Notes under the pieces: generated by a model
Told to the model about the DNA's origin: nothing
Seen by the model: only the letters and a program-made list of their open reading frames with translations
The model's database searches: none
Assembly: GCA_964346295.1 (NCBI GenBank)
Contig: CAYFUG010000002.1
Span: forward strand, 7,355 to 71,354
DNA length: 64,000 nt
Direction: 5' to 3'
From: an uncultured Bdellovibrionales bacterium
Lineage (GTDB): Bacteria > Patescibacteriota > Minisyncoccia > Moranbacterales > DUUL01
Shown: positions 1 to 9,398 of the stretch, piece by piece
Position numbering within the stretch: position 1 is the stretch's first letter
Layout: each line of letters starts with the position of its first letter
Position numbers and translations under genes: made by a program

Positions 1-357
1 AAAGCTAACGAACTCTCCGGCATGCTCCGCCACCTTCCAAAATTGCTCCAGAATCCCCTTCTCGTCCATTGCTCGGTAGGTGATGCCTTCTTCTTCAAAG
101 TCTTCCACCTTTTCCCCGGGAGCCTGAAAGTAGACCGCCCCCTTGTCGCTATCGGCCTCCAGTACTCCAATCGCCACGATCGAGCCAGTGTAAGGAGAAA
201 ATCCCAATCCCTGCTTAACATCTTCCAGGGCCGCTTGGTAGGCCTTTTCGGTCTGAGTAGCCCGCTTAATCCAGCGGGTCAAAACATGCTGGGTAGTCTC
301 ATCCAAATCGTCAAAATTTTCTCCAATGGTTTCAATGTCAAAAATAATCCGTTTCAT
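1..357 (-). CDS. N-terminal part of a PolB-like 3'-5' exonuclease (RNase H-like fold, COG3298-type); gene runs off the window start
   Basis: Minus-strand translation from ATG at 357-355 reads MKRIIFDIETIGENFDDLDETTQHVLTRWIKRA...SIVAIGVLEAD...; the DIET motif and hydrophobic pattern are typical of exonuclease domain I. The ORF track only shows the antisense ORF 22..378. Confidence 0.5.
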   Translation of the reverse strand, partial: MKRIIFDIETIGENFDDLDETTQHVLTRWIKRATQTEKAYQAALEDVKQGLGFSPYTGSIVAIGVLEADSDKGAVYFQAPGEKVEDFEEEGITYRAMDEKGILEQFWKVAEHAGEFVSF

Positions 358-477
358 AAGTTAAAATTAAGTTGTTAGGAGAAGTTTGTTGCTATAACTC
401 CAGGAGTTATTCATTTGGGGGTTTTATTACTAAAAATTGAAAAGCGTAATTACTGAATTGATGAAAATTAATGAAAA

Positions 478-2619
478 TCAATCGACATAAACTTCCATGC
501 TACTCAACTCCTTGTCAATAATAAAATCGACATACACCTCACCAATTTCATCAATTTCAAAAATCTTATAGTATCTATATTTCCCTGATATTTTTAGCCT
601 TTCTATAAACTCGAAGCTATTAATATCAACTTCTTGCAAAATTTGTATGATTTTCTCTTTTTGTTCTTCCGTGAAATCCGTAAAAAAGGAGGTTCTCTTT
701 TCTGAAATGCTTTTTTTAAACAAATCATTTGCCTTGTCTTTATTTCCTTCTGAGATTGGTGAATTTTTAAAATCAAAAACTTCGATATGTACACAATCAC
801 TATCTCTATCATATTTTATTCTCACAAAATAAACTCCAAGTTCCTTTTCACTGCTTCTCACTTTAGCAATCCATGAAAAGATAGCCTCGTCACTACCATC
901 CACTGAGGGATCTATTTTCTGTGAAGCATTCCTCTCTTTTTGAAAGTAATAAAATTCTTCCATTGAGTCCTCGATATCTTGAAGTTTGAGTCTGCTCACA
1001 AAAAAGTCCCTATCTCTGTGATTATCACTAAGTATAGTTACTCTACCATTCAAGATTGCTTTTTCAATATATTGCTTTAATTTTTGCTGAACAACTTCTT
1101 CTGCTTTTTTTTCATCCTCTTTCAAAGAAATATCTGGGTCGTCATTTTTAATTTTTTCTATTTTTTCCACTTTATGTATGATGCCATGATCATCTATCCA
1201 AACCTTAAAGATCCCATTCTTTTTCTTTACAAAAACAGCTTGTCTCATTTTTCTTCTTCTGTAAACCCTGTGTTTATTTTTAGAACTCAAGAGTACTACA
1301 CCTCCAGTTAAACAAGATTCGATGCTTTGCTTGGTAATTATCTCGCTATTATCAATTGCTTTAATCCCTACAATTATAGCCCCTTGGGGATAATCCAGCG
1401 TTAAACCTGGCAATGAAATAACATTATAAACACCTCTTGGCGTCAGCAACACACCAGATCCTCTAGTTATACCTTGAAAACCATGAGCAGAAGTAACTCT
1501 TTCCTTACTGCCAGAAAAATATTTCTCATCATCAAGTAATTCTTTTAACGCCCCTTCTCTCGAGTCTTTTTTGTTGTAAAGAGAAATCCCTATTGGTTGA
1601 AACTTACCAGCAATAATGCTCTTGCCCTTTAATAATTCTTTAGCATTTTTTATTCTGGACTCTCTTTTGTTTATACTATATCTGGATCTTTTTCCTTGTT
1701 CATCGACAAAATTTCTCCAATCAGCATCTTCTACATTTCTTGTTGTTATACGGGGATTATACCTCGAATATTCCTTTGCTAGTTGATGCACATCAGCATA
1801 TACCCAATCCCTTTCTTCGTCGGAATATTTATAATCTGATGGCTCTGAAGCAAAATAGAGAAGTGGCTTTGCCCTACCAATATCTTTGCCAAATTTTTTA
1901 AATAAATTAGCCAAAAGACCATATGGGATACAATCACGAACTCCTGGAACAGCATCAACACCGCACATTGGACAAGCATTCGAACATCCAAAAGTCAACT
2001 GTATGGAACATAAGTTGCTTACCAATGTTTCTAATTCTTCTCTATTAAATCTTTTCTCTAAACCCAGTGGGAGCGATTCTTCATCTTCTGGTTTTTGCTC
2101 CCCGTATAGAACCTTCTTTTCCCTGACTATATTGTCTAAAATTCTGCGCTGATCTTTTTTAAGCCACTTTTCATAATAGCTCATTTTAGCTAAAAATATA
2201 TCGTTCTCCATTGCCCTGTCCAAAAAAAATTCTAGCTTGCCTCTATCATCAAGATAGCACATTAAATCAGCCATTTCACGAGGATTCAATGAAATCAAAG
2301 AATCTACAACTTCATTGATGCTTTGATTTTTTATGATAATAATTTCGACTGCAATATCCCTTAATAATTTTGAGTACTTTTTAGACAAATCCTCCCCAGC
2401 AAGAAAGCTGGCGCCAAAAGTTATATTCTTTGGGTGTTTTTTTAAATTAGCCTTTACCGCACAAACAAAAAATTCCTTAACACTCGATTCATCCATTGTT
2501 GAAAGAAGGCTTTCTACTTCTTCTGGATTCCATCTTGAAAAATCATCGAAGTCATTAACTTCATAGTTTTTAAGTTCTTTCTTGTTAGATTCAATTTTGA
2601 AATTTCCTGTTTCTTTCAT
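478..2619 (-). CDS. Large hypothetical protein (713 aa) with a central CX3CX2C cysteine triad (C212/C216/C219) at radical-SAM-like spacing; AT-rich compositional outlier
   Basis: Long uninterrupted ORF. Motif LTFGCSNACPMCG is followed about 45 aa later by ASEPS (GGEP-like position) and about 80 aa later by ITTRN (TNG-like position). By eye the region is around 33% GC versus nearly 50% in neighbours. Flanks are AT-rich non-coding. Confidence 0.6.
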   Translation of the reverse strand: MKETGNFKIESNKKELKNYEVNDFDDFSRWNPEEVESLLSTMDESSVKEFFVCAVKANLKKHPKNITFGASFLAGEDLSKKYSKLLRDIAVEIIIIKNQSINEVVDSLISLNPREMADLMCYLDDRGKLEFFLDRAMENDIFLAKMSYYEKWLKKDQRRILDNIVREKKVLYGEQKPEDEESLPLGLEKRFNREELETLVSNLCSIQLTFGCSNACPMCGVDAVPGVRDCIPYGLLANLFKKFGKDIGRAKPLLYFASEPSDYKYSDEERDWVYADVHQLAKEYSRYNPRITTRNVEDADWRNFVDEQGKRSRYSINKRESRIKNAKELLKGKSIIAGKFQPIGISLYNKKDSREGALKELLDDEKYFSGSKERVTSAHGFQGITRGSGVLLTPRGVYNVISLPGLTLDYPQGAIIVGIKAIDNSEIITKQSIESCLTGGVVLLSSKNKHRVYRRRKMRQAVFVKKKNGIFKVWIDDHGIIHKVEKIEKIKNDDPDISLKEDEKKAEEVVQQKLKQYIEKAILNGRVTILSDNHRDRDFFVSRLKLQDIEDSMEEFYYFQKERNASQKIDPSVDGSDEAIFSWIAKVRSSEKELGVYFVRIKYDRDSDCVHIEVFDFKNSPISEGNKDKANDLFKKSISEKRTSFFTDFTEEQKEKIIQILQEVDINSFEFIERLKISGKYRYYKIFEIDEIGEVYVDFIIDKELSSMEVYVD

Positions 2620-2807
2620 CTTCTTTATGTTTTAAATAAATTTTTCTACTTTTAAGTTCTTTCAATTCTTTTATCAAAGATTTTCTTTTTTTTATAATCG
2701 ACTTTATACCATGCTTATTTTTCATAAAAATACATTAATATTAATGATTACGTTCTTTAATCCCTAGGTGATAGCTTGTAAGACTAGAGCCTTGAAAATT
2801 TACTCCC

Positions 2808-3365
2808 TCACATCTTTCTTAGCTCCCGAGAAACCCGCTTAGCATTGGGAATCGTCTCTCCCACCAACGCCCAAAACCGTGGGGAATGATTCATCTCCTT
2901 GAGATGACACAACTCGTGTACCACCAGATAGTCCCGTAAGTTGGCCGGCAACCACGCCAAGCGATAATTAAAATTGAGATTATTCTGACTGCTACAACTC
3001 CCCCAGCGACTCTTTTGATCCCGAATGGCAATCCGCTCCCATTGAAAACCATAGTGCCGATTGAAATGCTCCAGCCGCTCTCGAGCAATCTGACGAGCCT
3101 GCTCTTTGAGCTTCAAATAATCCTCTCGCGTGCCTCGCTGAAGCAAGCGCTGCTGACCCTGACTCTCTTTTAGCCTTTGGGCAATCCAATCTTTTTGAGT
3201 TTTAGCAAAATCTAACGCTCGCCGCAAACTTTCTCGCTCCGGCACTACCAAAATCACCTCTCCCCCGCTTATTTTAAGAGAAATCTTCCGCGCCTTCTTG
3301 CTTCGTCGAACTTGACAATTAACTTGGTTGTTTTTTCCAGCTTCTTCAACTTTTTCAACTTCCAT
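2808..3365 (-). CDS. YgjP-like M48-family metal-dependent hydrolase (DUF45)
   Basis: VVHELCHLKEMNHSPRFWALV contains the HExxH zinc motif and WLM/DUF45 context typical of the YgjP family. Confidence 0.85.
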   Translation of the reverse strand: MEVEKVEEAGKNNQVNCQVRRSKKARKISLKISGGEVILVVPERESLRRALDFAKTQKDWIAQRLKESQGQQRLLQRGTREDYLKLKEQARQIARERLEHFNRHYGFQWERIAIRDQKSRWGSCSSQNNLNFNYRLAWLPANLRDYLVVHELCHLKEMNHSPRFWALVGETIPNAKRVSRELRKM

Positions 3366-3509
3366 CTTGTTTTTGCTTTTAGCGTCCTTTTGAAACTACT
3401 GATTAAATTTTACCACCCACCCAACAAAAAACAACCCAGAAAACCCAGGTTGTTGATAGCGTTGATAGCAAGGTTGAACTTACTTGCTCTTCTTAATCTA
3501 AGATAACCC

Positions 3510-3849
3510 CTAATCTGACTCGCCCCGAAATTTTTTTATTGCATCATCTTTTTCTCGCAACGACTTAATAGCATCCGTAATCTGGTTCCAATGTCTTATT
3601 GCATCATAAATATTTTCTTGAACTGACTCTAGGAACTTATCATTGCCTATTCTTTCAGCTTCATCTAGCCATACTCCCATTTTAAGCAATTTCTCCCTAA
3701 AATAAGGAAGTGTCTTCTTTAAATGTTCGTTTTCCGGAGCATTGTTAATTGCCCCCCCCCAATTTCGTTAATAAATTCCTTAAATCCCCAACTCTATCAG
3801 CTCTTTCTTTTTTTCTGTCAATAGGACTATTTTGGCCTAGAGTTTCCAT
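3510..3849 (-). pseudogene. Hypothetical 113-aa gene interrupted by a frameshift inside a G9 (plus-strand C9) homopolymer; candidate phase-variable or sequencing-error site
   Basis: Minus-strand ATG at 3849 gives METLGQNSPIDRKKERADRVGDLRNLLTKLGGGN* with the stop immediately after the G9 tract (plus 3752-3760). Removing one G restores a continuous ORF ending ...AIKSLREKDDAIKKFRGESD* at 3510. Confidence 0.4.
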
Positions 3850-3896
3850 TGTTTTATTTTAACCAATAATTTATTTCAAAAAATAGGCAAAATTGC

Positions 3897-4349
3897 CTAT
3901 TTTTTCTCAGTCTCTTCTTTCTTCTCTTCTTTCTTGGAATCAGCCTCAGCAGGCTTTTCCTCTTTCTTTTCTTCTACCTTCTCTTCCTTTTTAGCAGCTT
4001 CTTCCTTTTGCTTAAATGCCCCTGATTCCTCTTGGGATTTTTCAGCTGCTTCCGTTTTTGAAGCTTCTTTCTCTGGAGTTTCTGGTTTTGGCATTCGGAC
4101 CGGCCGTTTCTTAGCCTCAATTACTCCCTTTTTAACTAGCAAGTTGAAAACCGTATCGGAACAACTAGCCCCCTTTTCTAGCCAGTGCTTAATCCGGTCT
4201 TCTTTTAAAATAGTCTCTTTAGTACTAGGGTCATAACTGCCCAAAGTTTCAATAAAACGTCCCTGGACTGGGAAAGATTTTTCGGCCAAAACAATCCGAT
4301 AAAAAGCTCGGTTTCTTCTGCCTTTGCGAGAAAAACGAATTACCAACAT
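3897..4349 (-). CDS. rpsP: 30S ribosomal protein S16 with a K/E-rich C-terminal extension
   Basis: MLVIRFSRKGRRNRAFYRIVLAEKSFPVQGRFIETLGSYDP matches the bS16 N-terminus; the tail is EEKKEEK low complexity. Confidence 0.9.
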   Translation of the reverse strand: MLVIRFSRKGRRNRAFYRIVLAEKSFPVQGRFIETLGSYDPSTKETILKEDRIKHWLEKGASCSDTVFNLLVKKGVIEAKKRPVRMPKPETPEKEASKTEAAEKSQEESGAFKQKEEAAKKEEKVEEKKEEKPAEADSKKEEKKEETEKK

Positions 4350-4635
4350 TGAAGATCAAAGATGAATGATTAATAAACTAAAAAGCTTCGCTTATGTAAA
4401 GCTCTGCTTAGTCTAGGGAAAATAACCCTACTTGTCAAATTTAGCCTCAACCCCGATCACTTCCTCTGGACTCATCTTAATCAATTATTAGATTAACCCT
4501 TTAATTATTGCGGTCAAGCGGTTGACAAATTCTGATACATTCCCAGGCTTTGCTTAACACAAGAGTGTTTAATCACTTTCCCTCTGCAATTAACCCAGAC
4601 ACGCCCTGGTGCCCCACCGGAGACTGCTGGCTAAC

Positions 4636-6162
4636 CTAGAAACTAGAAACCGTCTCTTTTCGACTCTTTATTTCTTTAACTTTCCGCTGAGCCTGAATAT
4701 CTCCCGGGGTAATTTTTAGGAGCAACTCATACGCCTCCTGGGCATCATTAAGGTTGCCTTTTTTTAGATAGAGCTCCCCTAAACGCCGATAACACTTTAC
4801 ATCCCGAGGATTCTTGGCAATTTGACCTAGAATCTTCTTTTCCAAAATATTAAGGTCGATTTCAATTCCTTCCAACTCTTCCTCACTCATTTCTTCTTCT
4901 CTTTCGGATTGTTCCTGAATTTTTTGTCTGTTCTTCTCCTCTCTTCTTCTCTGTTCTTGCTCCGAAATATTCCCGGTAGACTCTTCTTCTGCCTCTTCTA
5001 AGCCCTGATCAGAAAAATCCACCCGAGAAACCACTCTTTCCAACTCTTCTCGCTTACTAAGTTCCTTTTCTTCCTCTGTGGAGGTATTTCTACCAAAAAA
5101 CCCTAGAGTTTTCTCCAACCAACTCTTAGGAGGAATTGCCCGCTCTGCTCCGTCTCCTTCTTTACTTTCCTCCTTTTTAACTTCGTTTTCTGAGAAAGGA
5201 AAACTCCCTTCTTGAGGATAAGAAAACTCCTCTTCTACTTCCTGTAGCCCTCTAGCTTCTAGCCCCTCCTCTTGATCGCCTTCTTGGTTAGAATCAGAAC
5301 TTAAAGTCTGCTCTAAAGACTGTTCATCGGGAACTTGCTCTTGAGATTGATAAGTTTTCTTTCTCAGTTTTCTACCCAAAAAACTAGGGCGTGGTTTCCT
5401 TTTTTCAGTCTGATCGTAAGAACTGTAAAATACTTGAGTAACTGACTCTCTCGCCTCTTCTTTTTCCTCTAAGCCTCCTTGAAAGATCTCTAATTCTGGC
5501 TCCCTCAGCTCTTCTGCCCTTTCTTCTTCAGAAAAATCCTCCCTCAAAGATTTTTCTTGTTGAAAACTAAAAAAATCTTCCTCTTCTTGATTCTTTAATC
5601 GAGAAGAACCCCTTCCGTCTATCTCTGATTGAGAAACGGAAACAGAATTTCTCTTGAAATCGAAAGCTTCTTCTTCTAATTCAAAGGGCTGCTCTCTTTC
5701 CTCCTCTCTGTTGCGCACTTCTTCTCTCTGAGAAATACCTAGTTCAGAAAGAGAATAGCCCTCTCCAAAGATCTTTTTAATTTCTTGCTCCTCTTCTCTT
5801 AAAAAAGCTTGTCGGATTTCTTCTTCCTGTCGAAAACTCTCCTCTCCGTCGAGCGGAGTATTGAGTGGGGTATTTTTTTTAAGCTTAACACGAGCCCTTA
5901 TTAAGCTATAATGAGCCAAGGTTAGAAGTTTCTTGGCCCATTTAACAGCAATTTCTGCCAAAAAAACCAGGGCCCGAGCCATCACTCTTTTGATGCCTAA
6001 CCAAAAAGCAGCCAGCTTCCCCTGAGGGAGGTTAGCCCGAGCCTTCTCTAGGGCGACTGGATCAATTTCCTGGATTTTCCTAGCATTCCGAGCAAAAACA
6101 ATAATGATAATTGCCAAGCTCAAGAAAATTGACCCGATAATTGCCAATTCCTTGAAGTTCAT
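4636..6162 (-). CDS. Membrane-anchored acidic low-complexity protein with a C-terminal TPR repeat
   Basis: N-terminal TM helix, long E-rich region, C-terminal GELYLKKGNLNDAQEAYELLLKITPGD TPR-like motif. Confidence 0.6.
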   Translation of the reverse strand: MNFKELAIIGSIFLSLAIIIIVFARNARKIQEIDPVALEKARANLPQGKLAAFWLGIKRVMARALVFLAEIAVKWAKKLLTLAHYSLIRARVKLKKNTPLNTPLDGEESFRQEEEIRQAFLREEEQEIKKIFGEGYSLSELGISQREEVRNREEEREQPFELEEEAFDFKRNSVSVSQSEIDGRGSSRLKNQEEEDFFSFQQEKSLREDFSEEERAEELREPELEIFQGGLEEKEEARESVTQVFYSSYDQTEKRKPRPSFLGRKLRKKTYQSQEQVPDEQSLEQTLSSDSNQEGDQEEGLEARGLQEVEEEFSYPQEGSFPFSENEVKKEESKEGDGAERAIPPKSWLEKTLGFFGRNTSTEEEKELSKREELERVVSRVDFSDQGLEEAEEESTGNISEQEQRRREEKNRQKIQEQSEREEEMSEEELEGIEIDLNILEKKILGQIAKNPRDVKCYRRLGELYLKKGNLNDAQEAYELLLKITPGDIQAQRKVKEIKSRKETVSSF

Positions 6163-6218
6163 CTAAGGCATAAATTACTCGTTTTGATTTGAATTTTCAG
6201 TAAAACTCTTCTTTTGAT

Positions 6219-7112
6219 TTATCTGAATTTGGCCTTCTTTCTTAATTCTTCTGTGGTGACTGATAGAGAGGTCCGATCCTCAAAATCAATTCTAACCCTT
6301 CCCGAAAGCACTTGCAAATCTCCGATTATCCCCGGGCGGTCCTCCCAAATCAATCTCCTACCTCGCTCTGGAAATTCTTTTAACATTTCGGAATATTGCT
6401 CTGCCTCGTAGGCCAAGCAACACATCAGGCGACCGCAGATTCCTGATAGTCGATCCGAGCCGCGATGAGAAATTAGCTGGCAACGAGCTAGGTCAGTAGA
6501 AATACTAGGAAGACTACCAGAGAATTTTTTGCAGCAAATTTCCCGGCCGCAAATTCCGTAGCCTCCTCGGCGCCGAGCCTCGTCTCGAGAGCCAATTTGT
6601 TGAAAACGAATGGACTTGCCAAATTGAGCCGAGAGTTCTCTTACTAATTGCCGAAAGTCCACTCGGCCGTCCGCCACAAAAGAGATTACCGCGCAACTCC
6701 CCTCCAGGCTAATTCGAGCATCTACTATTTTCATCGGCACTTCCAGTTGCCGGGCTCGCTCTTTGACTACCTCGATAATTTCTAGTTCCTTTTCTTGGTA
6801 GCTTTGATTGTTCGCTAAGTCTTCCTCATTAGCTAAGCGCACCGCTCTACCAGCAACTTCGTTTTCATAGCTCTTGCTGTCATCGGTTTGATTGCCTTTC
6901 TTATCAGTACTATTTTCTTTCTCTTTGGAACAACTTCCAGCTCCGCAGCCCAATCCGCAACTGCTTCCAAATCTATCTTCGGGACTAAAAACCTGAGCCA
7001 AAAAAGTTCCCCATTCGTGCTCTACCACTACCGCATCCCCACGCTTAACAGTCTCCGAAAAATCCGGTTCTACTTTCCGCAGACGATCCCACTCAAAAAA
7101 ACGAACTATCAT
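6219..7112 (-). CDS. PSP1 C-terminal domain protein (RicT/YaaT-like)
   Basis: Cys-rich GICGREICCKKF ... GICGRLMCCLAYE motifs characteristic of the PSP1/RicT family. Confidence 0.8.
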   Translation of the reverse strand: MIVRFFEWDRLRKVEPDFSETVKRGDAVVVEHEWGTFLAQVFSPEDRFGSSCGLGCGAGSCSKEKENSTDKKGNQTDDSKSYENEVAGRAVRLANEEDLANNQSYQEKELEIIEVVKERARQLEVPMKIVDARISLEGSCAVISFVADGRVDFRQLVRELSAQFGKSIRFQQIGSRDEARRRGGYGICGREICCKKFSGSLPSISTDLARCQLISHRGSDRLSGICGRLMCCLAYEAEQYSEMLKEFPERGRRLIWEDRPGIIGDLQVLSGRVRIDFEDRTSLSVTTEELRKKAKFR

Positions 7113-7159
7113 ATTGAAAATTGCTAATGTTTAAGAATAACTAACTAAACAAAACCTGG

Positions 7160-7546
7160 CTACCTATTATATTTTGCAACCTCAATTAGATTACCTTCAG
7201 TGTCATAAAATTGAAAACATCGATAGTAGTAATCAGTAAAATCTAAGTTTTCCGGCTCATCTTTGATCTTAACATCTTCATACATCTTAACCTTTTCGTA
7301 GACCGCATCAACATCATCAGACCAAAAAGCAACAATGGAATTATTCCCAACTGTCCTTTTATTTGAAATGATATCAGGATTTATTAAACCAAAATAACAA
7401 CCTTCACCAAGATCAAAATCAGCCCAACGGTTCTCTTCATAGTTGGAAACTTTCCGGCCCAAAAGATCTTCATAAAATTTAATCGCTCTATCAAGATCTT
7501 TTGCTGACACATAAGAATGGTCAAATTTCATTGTTGCCTTTTTCAT
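7160..7546 (-). CDS. VOC/glyoxalase-bleomycin resistance family protein
   Basis: Size and ...RAIKFYEDLLG... pattern typical of glyoxalase-fold proteins; somewhat AT-rich. Confidence 0.7.
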   Translation of the reverse strand: MKKATMKFDHSYVSAKDLDRAIKFYEDLLGRKVSNYEENRWADFDLGEGCYFGLINPDIISNKRTVGNNSIVAFWSDDVDAVYEKVKMYEDVKIKDEPENLDFTDYYYRCFQFYDTEGNLIEVAKYNR

Positions 7547-7667
7547 GCACAGGAAAATTTAAGTTTTATTCTACTGAAGCTTCAAAAAAGAAAGTTCTGA
7601 ATGGCGTATAAAAGACTGTTTAATAGGCCGCAATTATCAGACTTTTCCCAAAACAGAAGCCTCGCCC

Positions 7668-8246
7668 CTACAACTCCATCCGAGTAAATTCACCCACCTT
7701 AATATTCTCCCCCACCTTAGCAATCTTTTCCTTAATGACCTCCTCCACCGTCGATTCCGGGTCTTTTACAAAAGCCTGCCCCAAAAGTGACATTTCATTG
7801 CGCAACTTTTGCTCTTTACCAGAAAGAATTTTCTCAGCAATCTCGGCCGGCTTACCCTCTTTTTCTGCCGCCTCTTTCCAGGCAGTTTTTTGATCTATAA
7901 TTAACTTCTCCGGGACCTCTTCCGGGCTTACTGCTACCGGATCCATAGCGGCCACTTGCATTGCCAAATCCTTAGCTAGTTGCTGAAACTCTTCGTTGTC
8001 AGCCACAAAGTCGGTTTCACAAAGCAGTTTTACCAAGGCCACCTTTTTGCCATCAGTATGAACATAAACGCCAATAGTGCCCTCGCCCGCCTCTCGATCG
8101 GCTTTTTTAGCGGCTTTTTCGATACCCTTTTTACGCAAAATCTTGAGAGCCTCCTCTTCGTTACCCTTAGCTTCTTCTAAGGCTTTTTTAATGTCCACCA
8201 TTCCGGCTCCCGTTTGATTGCGGATCTTTTTAATAAGTTCTAACAT
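7668..8246 (-). CDS. tsf: Elongation factor Ts (short form)
   Basis: MLELIKKIRNQTGAGMVDIKKALEEAKGNEEEALKILRKKG is the EF-Ts UBA-like N-terminus; ...LCETDFVA... is a conserved block. Confidence 0.9.
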   Translation of the reverse strand: MLELIKKIRNQTGAGMVDIKKALEEAKGNEEEALKILRKKGIEKAAKKADREAGEGTIGVYVHTDGKKVALVKLLCETDFVADNEEFQQLAKDLAMQVAAMDPVAVSPEEVPEKLIIDQKTAWKEAAEKEGKPAEIAEKILSGKEQKLRNEMSLLGQAFVKDPESTVEEVIKEKIAKVGENIKVGEFTRMEL

Positions 8247-8277
8247 GGTTTTGGAATTTGAATTATAATTTTAAATT

Positions 8278-8952
8278 TTAAAAAATTGCGCCTTCTTTTT
8301 CCAGGCCTATTAAAAACCTTTTGAGAAATTTTACTTTCGGTTCTGCCAATCTTCTGGCTGTCTCAGTGTTCATGCAATCTCCCCGACTAATTTGAAAATT
8401 GATCTGATCAACAATGTAAACACCTACTCCCTTTTTTTCAACATCTAAGCGATAGTTAAACTGCTCTCCCGTCAAACCCCAGGTTTCACCCTTAGGATTA
8501 CCCTCTGGAAAAAAGGGTTTGGTCGCCTTAGAGCTCAAGCACCGAACAAGACCGGCAGAACCAAGTTGATCCAGCATATCTGCATCCCTTAATACCAGCG
8601 CCACGATATCATCCACTGGTTGAACAGAGTTATGATTAGCAATCGCAAAACAAATTCTCTCAATTTCATCCGGGCTTAAATCTACTTCCTTGCTCAAAAG
8701 TTCCCGAGCTATTTCTGCCCCTACCTTTCCATGATTTCCTCCTGGCTTGCTCCTGCCAATATCGTGTAAAAGAGCCGCTAGTTCTAGTAGTTCAATTTCT
8801 TTCTTGCTTAAGTCTTCCGCCTGAGCAATTTGCAAGGCCCACTGCCTGACCCGCTCTACATGACTAAATCCATGGGCAGTAACTTTCTCCATCAACTCTG
8901 CAGCTCTCTTTTTGATTAAATAAAGAACTGAAAATCCTTCGCCAGTAGACAA
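8278..8952 (-). CDS. HD-domain phosphohydrolase
   Basis: HGFSHVERV ... LLHDIGR HD motif. Confidence 0.8.
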   Translation of the reverse strand: MSTGEGFSVLYLIKKRAAELMEKVTAHGFSHVERVRQWALQIAQAEDLSKKEIELLELAALLHDIGRSKPGGNHGKVGAEIARELLSKEVDLSPDEIERICFAIANHNSVQPVDDIVALVLRDADMLDQLGSAGLVRCLSSKATKPFFPEGNPKGETWGLTGEQFNYRLDVEKKGVGVYIVDQINFQISRGDCMNTETARRLAEPKVKFLKRFLIGLEKEGAIF

Positions 8953-9151
8953 TTGATTTATTTTTAATTTTTATGAGGAGCTAATCCAGATTCTTGGAGA
9001 AACTTATAGATCCTCTGGTAATCAACTTTTTCAAAATTGGTGGTATCTACTTCTAAGGTAGGCCTTCAATTGGTAAAGGGCCGTACTTGCCTGCCAGAAG
9101 AGTCCCTTGAAATTCATCATAATTTAAATGATCTCGATGACCCGGGTGCCG

Positions 9152-9364
9152 CTAACCTGACTCAGAACGCTGTTTGAATCTTTCCAAAAGCACCTCCCCT
9201 TTCGTCTTGCAAATGACTTGAACTAGCTCAAGTTTGTGCTTCTTCTTGAGTTCTGAGATAGTTTTCAGGTCAAATCTAGGATTGAAGTTACTCTCAAGCG
9301 CCAATAGATCGCCGGAGTTAAAATAATCATCGACTAAAGAAAATTTGAAGTTACTCTTGGTCAT
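9152..9364 (-). CDS. Small hypothetical ORF, possibly the remnant of a decayed gene between the HD hydrolase and rpsB
   Basis: 70-aa ORF. Downstream minus-strand frames (9000-9150) give further short readable peptides in other frames and no long ORF. Confidence 0.25.
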   Translation of the reverse strand: MTKSNFKFSLVDDYFNSGDLLALESNFNPRFDLKTISELKKKHKLELVQVICKTKGEVLLERFKQRSESG

Positions 9365-9398
9365 TTTTGCAAAACCACAGAACTATGCGGTTAAAGCC

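Noticed and set aside
22-378. Plus-strand 118-aa ORF at the window start
   Set aside because: It is antisense to a much more convincing exonuclease N-terminus (MKRIIFDIETIGE...) and has no motif; treated as spurious.
4350-4635. 285-bp non-coding region upstream of rpsP checked for SRP RNA or a riboswitch
   Set aside because: Only short local hairpins and one GAGAC/GUCUC stem are visible and no conserved ncRNA motif was recognised; not enough to call.
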